DNA of 64,000 bases from a virus (Duplodnaviria > Caudoviricetes): IMG/VR virus record IMGVR_UViG_3300017987_005501. One strand, given 5' to 3'. Within the stretch, counting starts at the first letter, position 1; every line of letters begins with the position of its first letter. The position numbers and the translations under genes were made by a program. Positions 58,117 to 64,000 of this stretch are shown piece by piece. A model generated the notes under the pieces. That model made no database searches. It saw nothing but the letters and a program-made list of their open reading frames with translations, and was not told the origin of the DNA.

Positions 58117-59073
58117 ATGTCACTTAACTGTACTCCTAATAACATGGTAATGGTCCCTAAATCGATGGTCCCGGGTTTCGGTGGTCAAGATTCCACCCCC
58201 GCCCAGGCAGCTGACCCTAATGTCAAGAGCGCTATCATTAGCGAATACATTAAGACAGCCGCCGGTCGTCGTAAGCTCGCTGCATCCATGATTCAGCCCT
58301 TACGTAGCCGTCGTGACTATACCGCCGTGGGTCGCAAGACCTTCTTGGTAGAACAGCTTCCCGATGGGGCACTTCCTATTTATGATAGGGACCCCGAAGC
58401 AGTCGCTTATGTTATTGGTGAAGAAGGTGAAAATATCATCGCTGTGCAAAAGCCAAAGCGCGTGATCTTCCCACTCTTCGAAATCGCCAGTAACCCAGAG
58501 ATCCCACTAACCCAAATCAAAGAACGCAGATTTGATCTAATTGAAAGAGCGCAAGACCTCGCTAAGGCTGAAATTCAAGCCGAAGAAGATACGAGAGTCT
58601 TTGAGATCATGGATGCAGTCCAAGATGCCGGGTTCATGGGTGTTCCACCTAATCCCGATATCCCAGTAGTCGCCCCAATCACCGCAGATGTCCTAGCTGA
58701 TGCTTTCGCTGATATCGAGCAAGAAGACCTTCGCGTCGCTCGCTTGTACTTCAACGCAAAGGATTATTCCGATATCCGTAAGTGGGGGAGAGACATCCTA
58801 GATATTGAGAGTCAAGCAACTCTATTGAAGACCGGTCTTCAGGCAACCCTCTGGGGCGCTCAGTTGATCGTAAGTCGTAGAGTTCCCGTTGGTCGCGTGT
58901 ATGTGTGTGCCGAACCTGAATTCCTCGGCCGCATCCCAGTCCGCACCGAGCTCACAGTACTCAGTGCTGATGATCCTCGCGCACGTACCATTGGATTCTC
59001 GATCTTCGAGAATTTAGGGATAGGCATACATAATCCCTTCGGTCTCAGTAGACTCCTTATTACCCGCTCCTAA
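58117..59073 (+). CDS. Major capsid protein (HK97 fold, large-myovirus type)
   Basis: PLRSRRDY, LPDGALPIYDRD, FEIASNP, RRFDLIERAQ...IQAEED..VF, LWGA..IVS..VP, ENLGIGIHNP. Confidence 0.9.
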   Translation: MSLNCTPNNMVMVPKSMVPGFGGQDSTPAQAADPNVKSAIISEYIKTAAGRRKLAASMIQPLRSRRDYTAVGRKTFLVEQLPDGALPIYDRDPEAVAYVIGEEGENIIAVQKPKRVIFPLFEIASNPEIPLTQIKERRFDLIERAQDLAKAEIQAEEDTRVFEIMDAVQDAGFMGVPPNPDIPVVAPITADVLADAFADIEQEDLRVARLYFNAKDYSDIRKWGRDILDIESQATLLKTGLQATLWGAQLIVSRRVPVGRVYVCAEPEFLGRIPVRTELTVLSADDPRARTIGFSIFENLGIGIHNPFGLSRLLITRS

Positions 59074-59096
59074 GCCGGTATAAGCTACTATAGAAA

Positions 59097-59128
59097 ATAG
59101 GGCGTTCTTTGGAACGTCCTATTTTTTT
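59097..59128 (+). terminator. Rho-independent terminator after MCP
   Basis: ATAGGGCGTTC-TTTG-GAACGTCCTAT plus T tract. Confidence 0.85.
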
Positions 59129-59198
59129 GTAGTCCCTTTTTCTTTTTAAATGGTAATATATAATAAAAAATCGTTGGTATCTAAGGAGATTATAAGAT

Positions 59199-60722
59199 AT
59201 GTTATCAAAAGAACAATTAGAAGAAGAGATTAAGTTAGGGTTAACAGACAAACAAATTGCAGAGAAATATAACATCCCAAAATTTAGAACGGTTAAAAAT
59301 CTTAGGAAAAAATATGGGATCGGGAAGAAGCAAGAAAAGATACCAAAAGCAGAACTTGCTGAAGATATTAAAAATTTATCTATAGACGAAATTGCTAAAA
59401 AACACTCAAGAACTCTGAAAAGAATTAAAGAGTTACTACGTGGGTACGAGATAGAATATGACATAAAAAATAAACCAGTTAGTTTTAGTGTTTCTGATAT
59501 TGAAAAGATTAAGGAATTAGTTGAGGCAGGCAAATCTGACGAAGAAATCGCTCTTTCATTTAATCTTCCAAAAACTAAATGGACTAGTATCCGTCATGTT
59601 CGTTTAAAGAAACTTAATATTAAAAAACGTGTTCCAAACAATACAGCGGATAAAGAAAAAATTCGAAAAGGCTTCGAATCAAAGAAATCGGATCAAGAAT
59701 TAGCGGGCGAATTAGGGGTAAAGGAAGGCACTATTGCCTCTGCTCGTCAAAAACTCGGCTTATTTGTCGAGCGAGATATTCATAAGGTAACAAAAACCGT
59801 TTTAGAAAAGTACTATGTTGAGTGGGGGTGGACAGACCAAGAAATTGCTGATTTTCTTGGAATAGAGCATAATAGGGTTTGGGAAGCTCGGAAAAAATAC
59901 AATATAAATCGGACAATGAAATGGCAGAAGCTAAATCTTCCCATTGATTTCACTAAGGAACAAAAAGATTTAGTTTATGGAAGTTTATTAGGAGATTCCT
60001 CCATTAGTAAAGTTGCGGCTTCTTCTTATGAACTTTTTTGTGCCCACGCAAATAAGCAAAAAAATTACACAAGACTAAAGGCTATAATTCTTGATAAGTT
60101 TGCAAGAAATTTTAAACATCGAAAACATGATGACATGTACGAAGTGAGATCCTACTCTCATCCATTAATTAAAGAACTTTATGATATCTACTACCCTAAT
60201 TCAACTGGAAACAAAAGAACAGTCTTCCCGGACGAAATATTAGACGAATTTACATTAGAAATGCTTGTCTATTGGTATTTTGATGATGGCTGGATCGAGA
60301 AATCTAATGAAGTTAAAAGAACTCCTGTGATTGGGTCCGCATTTGATTTCAACAATCAAAAACTGCTCATCGAAACTCTTTGGAAAAAATATAAACTAAA
60401 AATAGGATTTGAGCCAACAAAACAGACTCTCAAAACTCAAAAATACTTCTCAAAAATTAGACTTTATGTAAACTCAGATTTACTTGATATTATCAAAAAC
60501 CTAGCGCCTGAGTGTTTAGAATATAAAATCCCAGATGAAATACATCCACAAGCCGAACTTTCTGGGGATTTTGATCATATAGACGACCAAACAGGATATG
60601 AAAAACGAACTTGCCCTAAATGTGGGAACAAGTTCGTTATTGAATGGTACAAAGCTCAAAGATTCTGCTCAAGGACTTGCCAAAGTCGGTTTAATTATCA
60701 ACTTTCTCAAGAGTCCCTTTAA
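59199..60722 (+). mobile_element. Free-standing LAGLIDADG homing endonuclease with about 5 N-terminal HTH repeats and C-terminal Zn finger
   Basis: VYGSLLGDSS and LVYWYFDDG motifs; repeated (T/S)D.EIA HTH units; CPKCG...FCSRTCQ. Confidence 0.8.
60648..60693. repeat. 46-bp direct repeat copy 1 (copy 2 at 61405-61450, partial copy at 62752-62787)
   Basis: TACAAAGCTCAAAG(A/G)TTCTGCTCAAG(G/A)ACTTGCCAAAGTCGGTTTA, 2 mismatches. Confidence 0.95.
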
Positions 60723-61356
60723 CTTTTATATTAGTTCTTATATCTTTCGGGTTCTTAGGCATAAAAGAAAAAGTAAACTTATAATCCTCGTCTTCGGCTT
60801 TTTGATAAAGTACGTCTAACGTTTTTTCAATATCAGAAACCGTAGTATTATAACTTCCAAAGCTTAAAACAAAATGAATAATATTTTGATAGGCGCCAAC
60901 TCTATCAACATCGAAAGAAAGTAGTGCTCCTTCTTTTTCCGTTTGTCTGAAATGTCCTGGCAAGCCAAAAGAACCTCTTTCCCCAAACCCCGCCTCCTCC
61001 CTATATCCAAAGGATTCTAATAAATCATAAAATTTATCTTTTACTGGTTTAGTTATCCTTAAAAATTCTGATATGTTTCTAATTATGCCTCTCTTCTCTA
61101 AATCTGGAAGTTCAAAATAAGAAAAATTAGCTACAGAACCATCTTTGGAAGATTGAAAAATGATTTCATCTCCATTATATCCAATGATTTTATAAGGTTC
61201 TGTTACCTCTTGTAATTGACCTCGCATTCGACCTCGAGAGCCTAAAGAGATTATTTCCCCAATAGGGTATTTTTTCTTAATTTCTTCTGGTATATTATTT
61301 TCATTCGCACTCTTCAAAAACTGTGCGATTTTAATAAGCTTGGCTGATAATTTCAT
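60691..61356 (-). CDS. Cassette gene A, candidate internal head protein
   Basis: Starts MKLSAKLIKIA; own GGAG RBS and late-like motif. Confidence 0.6.
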   Translation of the reverse strand: MKLSAKLIKIAQFLKSANENNIPEEIKKKYPIGEIISLGSRGRMRGQLQEVTEPYKIIGYNGDEIIFQSSKDGSVANFSYFELPDLEKRGIIRNISEFLRITKPVKDKFYDLLESFGYREEAGFGERGSFGLPGHFRQTEKEGALLSFDVDRVGAYQNIIHFVLSFGSYNTTVSDIEKTLDVLYQKAEDEDYKFTFSFMPKNPKDIRTNIKVKGTLEKVDN

Positions 61357-61406
61357 CTCAAATACTCCTTAAAAACTATTTCTAATAACTAATTATTAAA
61401 ACAATA
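61324..61406. repeat. Duplicated promoter/RBS/N-terminal coding block (copy 2 at 62642-62749)
   Basis: TTTCATCTCAAATACTCC...TTAAAAACTATTTCTAATAACTAA(T/C)TATTAAAACAATA shared. Copy 2 has an extra 18-bp tandem duplication. Confidence 0.93.
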
Positions 61407-61447
61407 CAAAGCTCAAAGGTTCTGCTCAAGAACTTGCCAAAGTCGGT

Positions 61448-62674
61448 TTAGTTATTCTTAGCAAACTCTTTTTCAATATTGCCAATTAGTTCCATTAAAA
61501 TAACAGTGAAGAATTTTTGGATTGTTTCCGATATATTGAAAACTTTATATTTCTTTAACATATAATCTCTAAATTTTCTAAAACTTGACATATCTTTTAA
61601 CATCAATATTGCTCCCTGTTTTGCTTTAAGCGCGAGACCTCCTCCAAAAGTCTTCGCATACTCTAGCATCGTTCCAAGGAGCTTTTCTCTTAAAATAAGT
61701 AATGCCCTATGGAGATTTCCTTCTTTTAAGGCGGTATTAAATTGAGGATCTTTTTCTACCATATCTGTTGCCGTATAATATATAACCTTAACTAAATCTT
61801 TAAAGTCATTCATATTATACCCACTCCGCCAATAATCTTCAAAGGAAGCTTTCCAAGTTTCTTCATCTGTGCTGCCTTCTTCAATTCTATAACTTTCTAG
61901 ATCTTCAATATCTAATTTTTTCTTAGATTTTAAAACCTTATAATAAGCATCTGTGACAAAACCGAGAAGGCTTTTTTCATAATCAGATAAATTCGAGTTT
62001 TTAATAGTTTCTTTAAGCTTCTCTACTGCTTGCACTAATTTTTCAATCTTATAATTCTTATCTTTATCTTTGAAAAACGAATTAACGTATTTTGTTGCTA
62101 ATGAAAGGACATTCTTCGATACTTCTTTAATAGTTTTTCCCTGTTTCGTTTGTGTAAAAAACATTTGGGTAATAGAATTAACAAGCTTTTGATTAAATAA
62201 TGTTTTTAAGAATGTTCGATGTTCGGGGTCTAAGTCTTTTGTTGCTTGAGAAACTAACGTATCTAAACCCCCTTCAATCTCTTCTTCAGTCTCTTCTTCC
62301 AAGTTACTTAGAATTAGGTTTATTAACCCTTTTAGATTAAAGCCCTTAAATTCTGGAACTTTACTTTCAATTTGCCTAATCGTTTCTTTATACTCTGGGT
62401 CTTTACTTCTAAATGTGGATATCTGGGATAAAACTTGGTTAAATTCACCCTTAAATCCTTGTTTAAGTTCGGATAAAAGTGTTTCAAGAACAAGCTCGAA
62501 GGCCATTTTTATTTTTCTGGGATTTTTTTTAATTCTTTCGTAGGCGGGGTCTTCCTTAAAATACTCAAACAATGCTTCGAAAGTCTCTACTAAGAATTCT
62601 TCAATTTCGTCTGTTTCAGCGAAATTAGCTTTTATTTGTTTTGCTATCTTAATAAGCTGGGTTGATAGTTTCAT
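61448..62674 (-). CDS. Cassette gene B, helical protein, candidate internal head protein
   Basis: Starts MKLSTQLIKIA; same upstream block as gene A. Confidence 0.6.
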   Translation of the reverse strand: MKLSTQLIKIAKQIKANFAETDEIEEFLVETFEALFEYFKEDPAYERIKKNPRKIKMAFELVLETLLSELKQGFKGEFNQVLSQISTFRSKDPEYKETIRQIESKVPEFKGFNLKGLINLILSNLEEETEEEIEGGLDTLVSQATKDLDPEHRTFLKTLFNQKLVNSITQMFFTQTKQGKTIKEVSKNVLSLATKYVNSFFKDKDKNYKIEKLVQAVEKLKETIKNSNLSDYEKSLLGFVTDAYYKVLKSKKKLDIEDLESYRIEEGSTDEETWKASFEDYWRSGYNMNDFKDLVKVIYYTATDMVEKDPQFNTALKEGNLHRALLILREKLLGTMLEYAKTFGGGLALKAKQGAILMLKDMSSFRKFRDYMLKKYKVFNISETIQKFFTVILMELIGNIEKEFAKNN

Positions 62675-62922
62675 CTCAAATACTCCAAATACCTCAAATA
62701 CTCCAAATCTCTTAAAAACTATTTCTAATAACTAACTATTAAAACAATATTAAACGAACTTGTCCCGAATGCGGTATAAAGCTCAAATAAATTTAAAAAA
62801 CATTATAGATGGGCTAAGAAAACGTATTATTTATAAATCGAATGTTCGCCGGATTATTCTAATGGGGGAGTTTTTTTTCATAAGTTTTAAGCTTTCGCAG
62901 GCGAGTAGGTGGAGGGCCAAGA

Positions 62923-63444
62923 ATGGTGACGAAACCGGAGCAAGAAAAAATAGCCGAATACGAAAAACTACGTAACGGAGGTTCGGTCGTCCGTTTTTGG
63001 CAGCTACCGCTGGAAGCGAAAGCTGCGCTAGCGTGGTACATGGCGTTCGACGGATGTGCATGGAAACTTCCACAATACCTGGAAAAAGAGTTCACGGTCA
63101 ATGATTTCGTTGATGTGGTACGAAAAGGAGGGTTCAACCGATACATGGATTTTCAGATTGGGTTCCACCCAGGGATTTCTGTCAAGGACTTAAAAAAATC
63201 CATGATGCAAGATAGTGACATAGAAAATGAACACGAGGACTTCAACCAGTACCATGAATGGTATCTAAACGTTGCGTGTCCGGTAGATCACGACGTCACC
63301 AAACCTCTGTGGCCAGTCATTCTCGGTGACCTACAAACTGACTACTTCGAAACATTGCAAGATGGGTGGCACCGTTTTCACTGCTACGTTCGGAATGGGA
63401 TCCAGAAAATACCTGCGCTCTATTTCCTGGGGGAGAACGAGTAA
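62923..63444 (+). CDS. Hypothetical protein with ParB/Srx-like C-terminal motif
   Basis: LQDGWHRF; visibly GC-richer than neighbours; RBS GGAGG. Confidence 0.45.
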   Translation: MVTKPEQEKIAEYEKLRNGGSVVRFWQLPLEAKAALAWYMAFDGCAWKLPQYLEKEFTVNDFVDVVRKGGFNRYMDFQIGFHPGISVKDLKKSMMQDSDIENEHEDFNQYHEWYLNVACPVDHDVTKPLWPVILGDLQTDYFETLQDGWHRFHCYVRNGIQKIPALYFLGENE

Positions 63445-63494
63445 ACCGAAAATCTGTCGGTAATTTCGTTTCTACTGACTATTATTAAAAAAAA

Positions 63495-63785
63495 ATGGTT
63501 AAGCAATATCTCACACACAAAGATCCAAGGATTAGAAAAATCGCAAAAGAGGTCCTTACTTTTTATGAAAAGAAAGAATATTACGAAGCTTCCACCTATG
63601 TGACTGGACAAATGACCACAAATTTATTTGATAACTATAATAAAACGCTAGAGGAAATCGAGAAAAAGATATGGAAAAAGATTGGAGAAGAAGATTATGC
63701 TGCCCTTACGGCGCTTTGTATAAAAGTCTGTTATATAATCCTGGCGGGAATAACGGTTTATTGTTTAATGGAGTTATTGCTTTAA
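63495..63785 (+). CDS. Hypothetical protein with C-terminal hydrophobic helix
   Basis: 96 aa ORF. Confidence 0.45.
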   Translation: MVKQYLTHKDPRIRKIAKEVLTFYEKKEYYEASTYVTGQMTTNLFDNYNKTLEEIEKKIWKKIGEEDYAALTALCIKVCYIILAGITVYCLMELLL

Positions 63786-64000
63786 TCCTTCTTGTTCCTT
63801 TTGGTATTTGCGGGCCATTATGAATTATTCTCTAAAAAACCTATATAATCCCTATGGAAGACTATAAAGAATTCTTAAAAAGATCCGGAAATACTTTATT
63901 AACTTGTAATCCTTTTAGAAAGAAACGCTCTCCTAAAGGAAAGACTTGCTATAAGGGAGACCTTTTAAAGATTTATGATTGTGGCACGAAGCATATTATT

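Noticed and set aside
1345-63999. tRNA or structured ncRNA genes in intergenic gaps
   Set aside because: Gaps are short and AT-rich, and no cloverleaf or T-loop motif was recognised; a covariance-model scan was not possible.
1-64000. Stop-codon reassignment, as in some huge phages
   Set aside because: Conserved proteins are full length in the standard code, and TAA, TAG and TGA all end genes at sensible positions.
1-64000. Archaeal host suggested by the archaeal-like TGT pocket and DUF366
   Set aside because: RecA, DnaN, DnaX/HolA/HolB, DnaG, a sigma region-4 protein and Shine-Dalgarno sites all point to a bacterial host.
63786-64000. Possible ORF at the right edge
   Set aside because: Only short frames are visible; cannot be supported without downstream sequence.

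Overview
64 kb, AT-rich, gene-dense segment of a very large tailed bacteriophage (jumbo/huge phage) genome, read with the standard genetic code. No tRNA, rRNA or CRISPR array was seen. Left half (1-36 kb): recombination, replication and nucleotide metabolism. It carries RecA with an intein, a split SbcC plus SbcD, a Cas4-like nuclease, a bacterial-type beta clamp with DnaX/HolA/HolB-like loader subunits, a truncated DnaG, class II RNR with an intein, dimeric dUTPase, PRPP synthetase, a 5'-3' exonuclease, NusG-like and sigma-region-4-like regulators, and a sulfotransferase. It also carries a 7-deazaguanine (archaeosine-type) modification cluster: DUF6884-like, Gat-QueC, DHH, DUF366-like and TGT-family genes. 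Right half (36-64 kb): virion module with neck protein, inverted fibre-like genes, two glycosyltransferases, prohead protease, scaffold, decoration protein, major capsid protein and a free-standing LAGLIDADG endonuclease. It ends in a repeat-bounded tandem array of two unrelated genes that share a promoter and an N-terminal peptide. Most notable: (1) the deazaguanine cluster with extra uncharacterised enzymes; (2) the repeat-flanked cassette array with a shared capsid-targeting-like N-terminus; (3) a split Rad50/SbcC; (4) several apparent pseudo-enzymes; (5) a recurrent TAATAA-N4-TTA late-promoter-like motif. All family assignments come from motifs recognised by eye, not from database searches.
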